Source of the DNA: Amphiscolops sp. MND2022
Lineage: Eukaryota
Reading direction: 5' to 3'
NCBI GenBank assembly: GCA_964187785.1
Contig: OZ076413.1
Location: forward strand, 45,386,001-45,450,000
Length of the DNA: 64,000 nt
Part shown: positions 1-12,700 of the stretch, piece after piece
How the letters are laid out: every line of letters starts with the position of its first letter
Position numbering within the stretch: position 1 is the stretch's first letter
Notes under the pieces: generated by a model
Databases searched by the model: none
Seen by the model: only the letters and a program-made list of their open reading frames with translations
Told to the model about the DNA's origin: nothing
Made by a program: the position numbers and the translations under genes

Positions 1-9
1 AACGTTATG

Positions 10-428
10 TTTTTAGTCTGCGCATTTCCCCTTAAGGAAAAAAGCCCCACTATTACAGTGACTAGTTTTTTTCGTCAGACCACAGAATGTATGCGTAGTG
101 AACACTTTTTACAGAACTACTAAAGTATCGGACCAGCAAGCGGAAACACATCTAAAATAGTGCAAAGGGCCCCCTTTCATTTATTTCATTTTTAACGTAA
201 GATACAAAACCGGACGAGACTATAGAGTCCCCCCTTTGATTTTTTTGGCACTGTGCAACTTTTTTTCGATTTTTTTGTCTCCAAAGGGTCCGCCCTTCAA
301 ATTTTTTGATATTTTGCAAAAAAACTGGATTTTCAGAAAACCCAAAGGGTCCCCCTTTTTCAATTTTGAAATCTTTGCGCTTTTTGAGCATTAGATATGG
401 CGCCGACTTTAGACGTTCCCGTCTTGTT
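10..428 (+). mobile_element. Helentron-associated (HINE/DINE-like) element, copy 1
   Basis: 5' TTTAGTC(G)GCGC hairpin, 3' GGCGCCGACT subTIR plus AGACG-TTCC-CGTCT stem-loop, T-rich flanks. Confidence 0.65.
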
Positions 429-711
429 TAACCTTTCCTTTACATTCTCTTCAGAAAAACTTCGAGAAATTCTATCAAAAACATCAGCGGAAAGAACATC
501 AAATTCAAGAATTATTTCAGATCTTATATAACGACAAATATAAACTTTGAAATTCATTCGTTCATTATGTAACATTAAGATAAATAATTGCAGGTACTTA
601 GTTAGTCAAAAGGAACTTTCTAGAACTTTCTAGAATCAACTACATTCCTCTGTGTTGGGTGATTGATGAGGCGAATACCCTGACCTTTGAACTTTGACCC
701 GAGATGATGAT

Positions 712-797
712 TCACTTGCCACCACATCTGCATCCCTTCTTTCTTCGCTTCCGTTCATCTTCGTTGGGAGTTAGAACCAAGTTAAGAGCATTTTGTT
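712..797 (-). CDS. RAB32: Rab32 coding exon 4 (EQNALNLVLTPNEDERKRRKKGCRCGGK*)
   Basis: Not in the ORF track. Acceptor atttag at 798, phase 1 matches exon 3, supplies the prenylation cysteines; TGA at 714-712. Confidence 0.82.
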
Positions 798-3700
798 CTA
801 AATATACCTCAATATTATTCCTATTATACTTAAGCATTATTCCTATTACTGATTTTCAAAATGAAACAAGAGGCGCAGTGACACAGCGGCAAAACGAAAG
901 ATAATCAATTGAAAGCAGAATAAATACAAAGGCTGGTCAAACGAGGCATTTATGCCAGTTTTCAAGTGCTCAAAAAATGCAATGACGCTTTGCGATCCTT
1001 TGCAAATCTTCATTCACGCAATAAAGCTTTTTATATCGAAAAAAAAACAAAGGTGCCCTAAAAAATTTCATAATAACCCTATAAATACAATTCAATCATC
1101 AGAACGGTGAAACAAATCATATGAAAAACCGCGACTGAAACTTTCTTTCAACCAAAAGCTTTAGGATAATACTTAATCCCAAATTTTGAAGGAAAATGGG
1201 TTGAAACTGGTCTTTGACCAGAAATTTAGATTACCAGTTCATTACCTGGTTTTCAGTTCATTTTGTCAAATTGCGACCAAAAAAAGGTGCGTTTTTATTA
1301 CACCCTGCTCTACAGAGGCTGATAGGTCACTGTGATTTCAAGAAAAGATGCTTGAAATACTTTCCAAACTTTCGTTTTCTGTTGTTAATTTTTAGTTTGT
1401 AGACCATTCAGACCGAAAACGTTCATGCAACAAAGATTCGATTGTGCGTTACGTCGACTGACAATGGAATATGAGGGAGTGCGTAAATTGAGCAGCACAT
1501 CCAAATAGCAGATCAAAAAATTGTATACGTGAGCGGGACTCGAATTATCTGGTTGGTCTGACATGTGTCCACTGCGATTTTCAATACATTTGAATGAAAG
1601 CACAATTAAAGTTTTAGGATAACTCAGAAAACTTTGAATGTAATTGCGGCGCGATGTAATATGCCCATGAGCCATGAGGTAGGTACAGTCCTGTGATAAA
1701 AGAATGGAACCCCTAATTGATAAAATTATAATAAAACTTGGAACACTAATTTTTCCTCAGATATATCTAATAATATTCAAGAGAGTCGCCTTCGATAAAA
1801 AATTTCTCGAAATTTAATCTAGTGTACATTCGTGTTTGTTTGAAACTCCTATGACAATTATTGGAGAAATTAGCTCTCAATATTAGACTGCAACTCAATT
1901 GCCAAAATTCGTTATGTAAAAATTATCTTTTGCAAACTTGTCTCATATTAGTTTTAGGACTTCCAAAATTAGAGGAAAGTCAACTAGACAAAAATCCAGG
2001 AAAATTTTGTTCTACCATCTTTTGAGACATTTGACAGTTTTTGAGAAATTTGCAAACTCATCAGCCGTGAAAGAATTTATTTATTCATTTGTAGGCCATT
2101 ACATAAGTAATAAACTATACAAACAAAAGGGACGAAGAATGAGCTGATCAGCTCTTCTAATGTCTTCGCCCCAGAGAACCAACAATGACATTTTAAAGCT
2201 ACCCCGTATTTCATTTCTTTTTATTGCTTGTAGTCAATTCATAAATGATACGTTCAGTACTAGTTTTGTTATATGACGTAAAATAATTCGAAGAGTTCTT
2301 TATTGTTTGGTATAAATAACTCCATAATTTGACGAAGATGGTTCGTCACTTTGTGTTTGTTAATGATTCAACCTTCTCAGGCATCAGATCACATGACTTC
2401 AACCAGTTATACGTTTTGATGACAGCATTTTTGAGAGAACGCCTTTTCGGTTGTGTTCTATCGATTGTTACTGGTAGTAAACTTTTTGACTTTCTACGTT
2501 TATTGATTTCATAAGGAACAAAATGATCCTTCATATGGTCAAATGGCGAATTTCCTCTCAATTGTCTGCAAAGTTCAATGACTAATTCCGATATATACAT
2601 TTCGTAAACTGTCAGGAATTTTTTATCCCCAATAATATTTTGGAGAGATTCAGATTGTTTTTCAAAAACATTGCTCGAATAATTCTCCTTTGTGCATTTT
2701 CAATAGGTTGAAGATTCGTTTTGGTTGTACTGCCATAATTCAACAGACCATATGTAATACGGGGTTTTGCATATGATTTATAAAAGAGAAGTAAACAATG
2801 CAAGGGATAAAGGTGTCTTATTCTATAAACCAGCCCGCAGAATTTGTTCAGTTTTTTTGACACATAATCAACATGATCCTTGAAGTTCAGTTTATTGTCT
2901 ATTAATACACCTAGATACTTGCACGAACTTTTGCATGAGATTTTTTCACCGAATGTTTCTTCACTTACCGGTTGTGCTCTACCGAAACTAATGAATTCGC
3001 ATTTTTCGACATTGAGTGTTAATTTGTTCACGTCAAACCAATTTCGCATTTTCCGTACATCTTCAGTGATTTCTTTTTCTGAGTTCAAACCCATATTATA
3101 TACCGTTGTGTCATCAGCAAATAGCGATATTTTGCTTTTCTCGCAAACAAGGGGAAGATCATTTATGTAAATTAAGAATAAGAATGGACCCAAGACTGAT
3201 CCTTGCGGTACGCCTGTCTTTAGTTCTTAGGTCGAGGAGCGAATTTGATTATGTTCAACGTACTGTTGTCTATTTTCAAGATAATTTGTTAAAAGACATA
3301 ATATTTTGCCCCCAAAACCATACTTCTCTAGTTTTTGCAGTAAAATATTGTGATCTAGTGTATTGAATGCTTTTTTCAAATCAATAAAACATGCACTTCC
3401 TGCGTTACGTTTATCCATCTCATTTCGAATGTAATCTAAAACTTCACCGATGGCATGAGTACAACTACGTTTATTTCTGAAACCATATTGATTGGGTGTA
3501 AAAGATTCGTTTTTCTTGAAAAATTTCGTCATTCGCTTACATAGTACCTTTTCAAAAACTTTACTGAGTGAACTTAACAAACTGATTGGCCTGTAATTCT
3601 CAGGATTACTTCTGTCTCCTTTTTTAAACAGCGGAATTACTCTGGCTATTTTGAAAGGTTCTGGAAAGATACTCTGTTCCAAACATTTGTTGAAAACATC

Positions 3701-6700
3701 TGCAACATAGGGTTCAATGATTGGGGAACAGCATTTCAGAATTTCATTGGATATTCCATCATGTCCAGTACTTTTCTTGTTTTTTAAATTTCGAAATATT
3801 TTGGTTATTTCTTCAGTAGTGGTATTGTTTAACACCATGGTTTTGGTTATTCTAGGTATCGTCGATACGTAAACTAGATTCGGGAGTTTTGAGGATAAGG
3901 CTGGGCCTACTTGCGTGAAATATTCATTCAACGCTTCGACTCCTGGCATTTTATTCGTCGGCTGATTTGCACTTTTCTTGCACTTCAACGTTTTATATAT
4001 TCTGCTGGCTGATGGATTTTCACCTAATAGCTTATAATTGTATTCTTTTTTTGCTTTTCGGATTTCATTAGTTACTTTATTTCTTAAACTCTTGAGTTCA
4101 ATTCTGTTAAAAATGCTTGGTTCTTTGATCCATTTCTCAAACGCTTTATCTCTTTGACTAATTAGGTTTTTCACCCTATTTGTAACCCAGGTTTGTTGAC
4201 GCCTTTTCTTGAAGATCTTAATATGAGCACATTTGTCAACACAAAACATAATACAACTTACAATTTCGCTTAGATATTTTTCGGGATCAGTTGTTTTGTC
4301 CACAGATTTCAATTTCTGGTCTAATAGAAACAAAAAGTTCAGCGCTTTTGGACCTTTGATGTTTCTCAGATCCCTGCGTAAGAGCATCGGTTCCTCCCTT
4401 TTCTTGTTATCATTCAATAGAATAGGAATTTCAGATTGAAGCGCATAATGATCACTTATTGTCACTTTAACTGTTTTAATTTCAATGGGAAAACCGTTGA
4501 TAACATGGTCTATGCAAGTTGAGCTAGTGGTTGTGACTCTAGTTGGTGAAGAGTTCTGTATTTCATATCCATATGCAGCAAGTAAGGTTACATATTTTCG
4601 TTTCTCATTGTCGTCATTTAGAGTGTCGATGTTGAAATCTCCAAAGAGCGTACAGTCGTGTTTCAGTGTTTTTAAAAACAGCAGTAAAGACTCGAATAAA
4701 TCAAGGAATACAGTGAATTTGACACCATCTGGTCGATAAACCACACAAGTTTTTGATATTAGCTTCGTCGAACGTAGCTTCGATTATCAGACACTCCAAC
4801 TCACTTGAATAATCAATAATTTGATAGTCGACCCCATATCGAGCGTAAAAAGCGACTCCACCCCGCGTGCCATTTTTTCTAGGCTTTGATTCTAGTTGCT
4901 GGTATCCTTCAAGTGCGTACTCGCTGAGTGGGTCAATTTCTGTCAGCCATGATTCCGTGATGAATATTAGGCTCGGCCTATTTGAGTCATAGTCTTGTAT
5001 TTTGAGCATTAGCTCATCAAAATGACATCTTAGTGACCTTATATTGATTCCAAAAAAGAATTGGTAGCTGTGTTTACCATTATTATTTGTTATATTTTGT
5101 TGGTTCTCGAGAAACATAAAATCAGTTCAGTTGTAGTTTTTTCGATACAATCAACTAAAGTGGTATGTTTATCTTTCACGAGTTACCGTTTTACTGTCCC
5201 TACATAATCGTTACTTTATTCTATTTATATAAGTTAGTTGACCGCATCTGTTATCATTGGATTTTCATCAACAGTAGTTGTCGGTGTTGCTGCTATACAG
5301 AAGGATTTTAAGATACGCCCACTTTCTTCATCGCTTGGTGATTCCAGTAGTCGTTTTCCAAGTGATTTGAAGTCATACATTTTCGGCGCTAACATGGGTG
5401 TTTTTTGTATAGCACTCTCGGTTGACTTTGAATAACGTTGCTTCTTTACAGCTCTGTCCTTTATGTCTTCCACTGCTTTCAACGAATTTATTGGAATGCT
5501 CCTGAAATGCCCTTCGTTTGTTTTGGTGAAGACTTTGACATTGCAATTATACGTAGTTGTGTTGAGGCCTTCGCTCTCCGCTTTCTCCTTAATTGCTTTC
5601 TGATGCGCAGGCAGTCTTTCCTTGAGAACTATGGGCTTACCATTAATTGGGTTACGTATTCCTGCTAGCCACGATTTCCTACCGAATATTTCCATTTTCT
5701 CTCCAAAATAATTTTCTCTCCAAAATAACTAACCGTTCCAAACTTAACTATCAAACAGGGGTTCCATTCTTTTATCACAGGACTGTATGAGTCTATATGC
5801 CGCCCGCTTCACGCACGGAACATACAATCTGGAGGTACCGAAAGTTCGATCAGCAACGTTAAAATTTAATGTTTGCTGACAAGTACGTATCAATACTTAT
5901 TGACAAACTAGCTTACCCTTTTTCAATATTGTTGGTGTTCGCTAATGACCTCGGGTACAAAGTCGTTTTAGATAAGTTTTTTTTTATTTCACCAAACACT
6001 AGTATCCAGTACCTTTTTTCGTTAAAAGTATTGTCCCATGTCCAATTATCATTCTGTTTCTAAATGCTATTAACCCTAAATGGACCATTGGTACGAATTC
6101 GTACCATTTAGTTTCTGCAAACGACCCAGCTGACCGTATGGTAAAGAAAACTCTTGAATACGATTTTCAGACGATATTACGTATCATTTTCACGGAATAT
6201 TGACATGTTGTCTCAGAAATCAAGAAAACGGGACCAAAAATTTTAAAAATGAGCGCAAATTTTCCGTTTTTCCAGTTTTCGTTTGTGGCCACTTTATCCC
6301 ACTGGTATCAAGGCTGGTTTTTGGTATCAGCACCAGGTTTTTGGATAAATCCGGAAATTTCCTGGTCCACTTAGGGTTAATTAGTTTACCGTTTCCTCTT
6401 ATAGCAACAAAAAAATGAAATTCTCGATATTTGTTGTATTTGATTCATGGCAAAATTTCCATGTGCAGATTGAACGGTTATTGAGTCAAAGGGTTCGGCG
6501 TAGATCAACTACGTGACACATTTTGTTGTTGATGTCGTTGTAATAGTAATTACATCATTATTTTTATAAAATTAATTTTTCATGGAAAAGTTCAGTTCAT
6601 CTAAAGAAAAATTAATGGATCGCTCAGTTTTGAATTATAGACAGGAAAGTCTTTTTTCCGGAGCACATTTTTGTTTACCAGAAAATAGCTCCAAACAATA

Positions 6701-9700
6701 CCGGAGCACAACATATGTTTCCTTTTAAAAATACCCAATAAAGTCTTGTGTGGTCAAACGATGATTCAGACTGAATTGTCTTTTGTAAGGCTTGTACGAA
6801 AATGGATTACTGATATTTAGTATGAAAGACTAACTGATCATCTCAGAATAAGATAAGTTAGACAATTGTATGTACCAACCATATGGATTTAGAGCATCTC
6901 TTTCTCTGGCGTTTGCATTTTCTATCTCAAGGATTTTTGACACCAAACACTGAGCAGCGTCATCAATTCCAAATCCTTCCTTCGCTGAAGTCTCGAACCA
7001 CTTGATGTAAGAATTCTCTTGGCAATACTCGTCCATCTTCTTTCTGTTGTTCACCTGAAGTCCTCATTGTGTAAATATTACCTCCAAAACCTTTTGAAAT
7101 TATGGAATCAGGGGGTTAATTTCGAGAAAGTTGAAAAGAACCTCTATGTTTAGAATTGTAAAGATTTGATTTTGATAACTCAAATACCTCGGCGGTTTGG
7201 ATGAACATGGAAACCAGTTAAGAAGAAAAAACATTGTTTCAGCTGAATCAGAAAACAGCACATATTTATCATATCTTTTCTTGAAATCACAATTAGCCTC
7301 ACAAAAAATCTAGGTTCCGCTAAGATCAAGTATACAAGCAAAAAAGTTTTCTGGATGTTTCCTCAATTGATTCATTCTCGTATGTTCGTGTACATAAATC
7401 AAAGACGCCGGCTGACGGGCGGCATATTTTCCGCTCGAAAATGATCTAAAGCAACATAATTTGGAGGCTCAAGACTAGCCAATTACTATGAAAATGTAAA
7501 GTTTGAGGTAATTAAAATTTTAACACTTTTTGATTTATCTCACACCTTCTTAAAGGAAACACGTAATTTGAAAACACGCTAAGTACCCACTTGGTTTCTT
7601 GTTTAACTGTGTGTATATCAATACCTACCCAACCAAATTTTTGAAATTTTGCACAAAAACTCACTAAAAAGGTGTACATTTTGATTTTTTTACTACTTTG
7701 GAGCCATTGTGAGGCACTTTTCTGCCGCAAAAAGCTAGTATCTCTTCAGAAAAGCCTACTTGATAACTTTTTATGCGTTGTTAAACAGTTTTAGGATGCT
7801 AATCTACGAAATTTTGAGAACTAGCGTAAAAAATGAGACAAAAATTGAAAATTTCTGAAATTTTTGACTGTTTTGGAGTCGTTCTGATGTATTTATAGCA
7901 AAACACGGCATGGTTTGAGTCAACATAGCAAGCTGCATATCTGGTTTTCTTTTTGAACATTCTTACCCACCAAATCTTTCAAATTGTCGTTGAACTTTGC
8001 AACAAAAAGTTTGAAGTCTTTGACTAATTTGGGGAACATTATGAAGCACATTTCTACCAAAAAATTGCATTTTCTCAAAACACCCACTGTATGTTTTTTG
8101 GTTGTTGAATCTTCTTATTATAATCCACGAAATCCCTCGAAAACGTTACCAGATTTTGCAAAAAAAGTCAATTTTGGATCTTCGACTTTTTTGGGTCATT
8201 CCGAGATATTGTTCTACCTAGAAAACTGCTTTAATTTAAAGAAAGCGTACCACCAGTGCTAATTTTTTTCGTCTGGAACTTTTTGAACTTTTCAACAACT
8301 TTTCTATTTCTGCACAAAAAATCACTAAAATGTCAAAAACTGGAAAATTGGATGTTTGCGGCTTTTTTGGATCACTTTGTCACAGCCCGCTCCCGGCTGT
8401 TATCGCTTTAAACGCGATTGTTTCGGTTAAATATACTGGTGTGAACTAATTGGAGAATACTGGTGTGAATACTAAGTTTGTGACGTCATCGACACAGCTA
8501 CGCTAGCAGTACGTTATTATTTGGAATGACTTTGTGACGTCACTAATTAGACAATTGGAATGATTTTCTAATGCGCAACGTAACGTCTCCGTAAACCGTT
8601 GGTCAGCTATAGCTAATTTTATTACGTACGGAGCGCTTACGGAGCAAACTGTAAAGTTCTAAAGCTATACCTAATCTTAATACGTACGGAGCGCTTACGG
8701 AGCAAATTGTAAAACTGTAAAGCTATACCTAATCTTAATACGTACGGAGCGCTCACGGAGCAATTGTAAGATTGTAATTATCAAATTAGGGTCTTAAAAA
8801 CAATTTAGTAGGAAATTTCCTCATGAATTGATGAATTTCAAAGATTTTGTGAATAGAATGCAACGTAAGGGCAACGTCATTTTATTGGATGTTTTCTTTT
8901 GAATGAAGTTAATACTAATATTTTCATTGAGAGTTCTGCAATTATACTATGATATTGAAATTGTCAATCGAAGTAATAACGTGTTAATGTCACCAATCGA
9001 TGTTCTGATTAGCGTTTTCTCAAGTGTGGAATTTGTTGTTGACCGAATGGTCTCCGTTGTTTTAGTCTTTATGTGATTGTATGTTTAGCTTAGATATATT
9101 TACGTCGTTTTATGTTCGTGCTAATAATAATGGCAATACCTTGAAACTGTTATTCCGGTATCATTTGTTCCTTTTCAAAAGTATTCAAATGTTTCCGCTC
9201 TCAAAATTATTTGCTCCGTTTTAGTTGCGTTGCCATTTTTGCTAGTCATACTTTTATCTTAAATATTTAGATTCCCAACTTGCAAATTGACTAATGAATC
9301 ACGCCGGCGTCCTCCGTTGTTGAAAATATCAAGCAGGCTCTCATTTTGCCGCCATTTTGACGTCCAAACAGGAAGTGTATCGTTTGAACAAAAATGATTT
9401 CAACAAATGTTACGGAAGGGCGACGCAACTAGGAATTTCGATACCTGATTTTGTGACGCGGGACTGAAATGATATGAATCAACTGGGTTTTTGCATGAAC
9501 AAACCCAATTTTAATGATACCTACGAATTTTTAGGTGAGAAACAATTGATGCTAGGAAAGTATAATTATGTTAGTTTTGTAAATTAAATCAGAAAAAGTT
9601 GTTTGTAATCTTTGTTACACTGTTACGTTGCTAAACCGATTCTTCTTGAAAAATTCAAATCTCTTTGATTAATATGGTTTCTTCTCAAAAATGACAGCTC

Positions 9701-12700
9701 GAGGTCAGAAAAACCTAAAAATATATTCATTGTACCTACATCAACATCCATAAAAAATTAAAACGACTACCTAAAATAACACTCCGTTAGGTAGTCGTAA
9801 CATGGTGACAGGAGTTAAAACGATTCCACGAACGACCAAATCAACATCAAGAGATGCGCAACAGGAACAGAACAGAAGCAAGGACGACAGCCGAATTCAA
9901 TTGGAACTCGGATTGCGAAGAGGTTACGAAATGAAATCGTAAGTGATTACTCTAGAATGGAACAATTAGAGTCATGTTTTGACCTCGAAAATGAGCAGTC
10001 AGTTACAGATATTCACCTTCAAAATATGTGCCAGCATTGAACATGTGATTGTGGTCGAAAAGGACTCGTGTAATTATCACTTTCTCCAGAAAAATGGAAC
10101 AAAGTACCTTCAGTTTTTTTCACCTAAATCGTCCCCGACTGAAGACTCCAAGCCAACGACTGCATGACGTGATAATCAAGACAGTGGAAAAACTCCCTGA
10201 AACTATATTAATTGTCGACTGATAAATTCAGGTATGCCTCCTAGCAATCACAAGCAATCCTTGTTACCGTGTTTCCTACGTTACACAACTCTCCGGAAAC
10301 GTCCCGTAATACACCCACAGATCATTGAGGCAGTACAGATTGAAATGAAAGACTATATCTCTGTCAGTTTTTTTCCAAACGAGGGGGGAAACATGTCGCT
10401 CGAACGAGATGTAGCAAATTTTAACCGGATCAGTATAACACTGAGCAGCGACAGAAAGAACATCTTCATGGACGGAAGGCTGACGTGGGGCGACTGGGAC
10501 AGAATCCATGACTTGGGACTATGAATACTTCTCGTTCGACAGCAACAGTAAAAGAAATAGAACTGAGAGAAATGACATCGGGAGCTACTTCACTTACAAT
10601 TTGGCCGAGGTTGGTAGCCAAGATGGTGGAAACGGAAGGCGACGTTGTTGTGCCGGACGGACGGAACACTTCCGAAATCCCAAAAGGAACGACTGCCGAA
10701 GTGTCAGGTTGAGTTACTGAAAATCAAGATCTGGATTCAGACGCGTCAGGTAATCGGGTAGGACTCAAAGGCTGATCACCAAAACAATAGTCCAACAACC
10801 CATGGAAGTCAGAAAGCTTTTACCAACATGAAGCAACGAACGCAATTCCCACCTCCGAGAGATCAACGTCATCGTCGGAGTAATTGTAGTTTATCCCGTT
10901 TCCACTAACAAAGCCTGCCACAGTAACAGCAGTAGAACGAACAATTTCGGCGTCTCCCATTGAAAACAGCAGAAGTTTCTTCGAAACAACATAAAAGAAA
11001 AGAACAACTGAAAAAAAATCAAGAAAAGCACTTTGAAAACAGTGACGTCACATCGACGTAATTGCTTCGAAAAGGATTGACAACGCTTAACGACGTAGCT
11101 GAAGAAGAAACGGAGAAAGAAAATCAGAAAAGTTTTTGTTCACGTTTCGGCCAATAACAGCGCAGACGGAAGCAAAACGCTTTCAAAAACTCAGGCGAAT
11201 TGCAACGAAGGAAGAAAATCAACAAATGTGAATTCTGTGAAAGTACTGGCCCCAAAAGACTACAAATATCAGTCGGAAATTGAGAATCCTCGCTGACGTA
11301 AGAAAAAAGTGAAACGACAAAAACCCGCATATCGTCTTCTTTCCTTCCCGAGTGGTCCTGTCACCGCCCGCTCCCGGCTCTTATCGCTTTAAACGCGAGT
11401 GTTTCGGTTAAATATTCTGGTTTGAACTAATTGGAAAATACTGGTGTGAATACTAAGTTTGTGACGTCATCGACACAGCTACGCTAGCAGTACGTTATTA
11501 TTTGGAATGATTTTGTGACGTCACTAATTAGACAATTGGAATGATTTTCTAAAGCGCAACGTAACGTGTCCGTAAACCGCTGGTCAGCTATAGCTAATTT
11601 TATTACGTACGGAGCGCTTACGGAGCAAATTGTAAAACTGTAAAGCTATAACTAATCTTAATACGTACGGAGCGCTTACGGAGCAATTGTAAGATTGTAA
11701 TTATCAAATTAGGGTCTTAAAAACAATTTAGTAGGAAATTTCCTCATAAATTGATGAATTTCAAAGATTTTGTGAATAGAGTGCAACGTAAGGGCAATGT
11801 CATATTATTGGATGTTTTCTTTTGAATGAAGTTAATACTAATATTTTCATTGAGAATTCTGCATTTATACTATGAAATCAAAAATGTCAATTGAAGTAAT
11901 AACGTGTTAATGTCACTAATCGATGTTCTGATTAGCGTTTTCTCAAGTGTGGAATTTGTTGTTGACCGAATGGTCTCCGTTGTTTTAGTATTTATGTGAT
12001 TGTATGTTTAGCTTAGATATATTTACGTCGTTTTATGTTCGTGCTAATAATAATGGCAAAACTTGAAACTGTTATTCCGGTATCATTTGTTCCTTTTCAT
12101 CAGTACTCAAATGTTTCCGCTCTCAAAATTATTTGCTCCGTTTTAGTTGCGTTGCCATTTTTGCTAGGCATACTTTTATCTTGAATATTTAGATTCCCAA
12201 CTTGGAAATTGACTAATTAATCACGCCGGCGTGCCTCCGTTGTTGAAAATATCAAGCAGGCTCTCATTTTGCCGCCATTTTGACGTCCAAACAGGAAGTG
12301 TATCGTTTGAACAAAACTGATTTCAACAAATGTTACGGAAGGGCGACGCAACTAGGAATTTCGATACCTGATTTTGTGACGCGGGACTGAAATGATATGA
12401 ATCAACTGGGTTTTTGCATGAACAAACCCAATTTTTATGATACCTAGGAATTTTTAGGTGAGGAACAAATGATGCTAGGGAAGTATAAATATGTTAGTTT
12501 TGTAAATTAAATCAGAAAAAGTTGTTTGTAATCTTTGTTACACTATTACGTTGCTAAACCGATTCTTCTTGAAAAATTCAAATCTCTTTGATTAATATTG
12601 TTTCTTCTCAAAAATGACAGCTCGAGGTCAGAAAAACCTAAAAATATATTCATTGCACCTACATCAACATCCATAAAAAATTAAAACGACTACCTAAAAT

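Noticed and set aside
152..391. K/F/G-rich ORFs in HINE copies (also 51626-52394, 57836-58213)
   Set aside because: Translations of low-complexity repeat interiors with no protein motifs.
8622..8770. Repeat-spacer pattern resembling CRISPR
   Set aside because: The intervening sequences are near-identical; it is a tandem unit inside an LTR.
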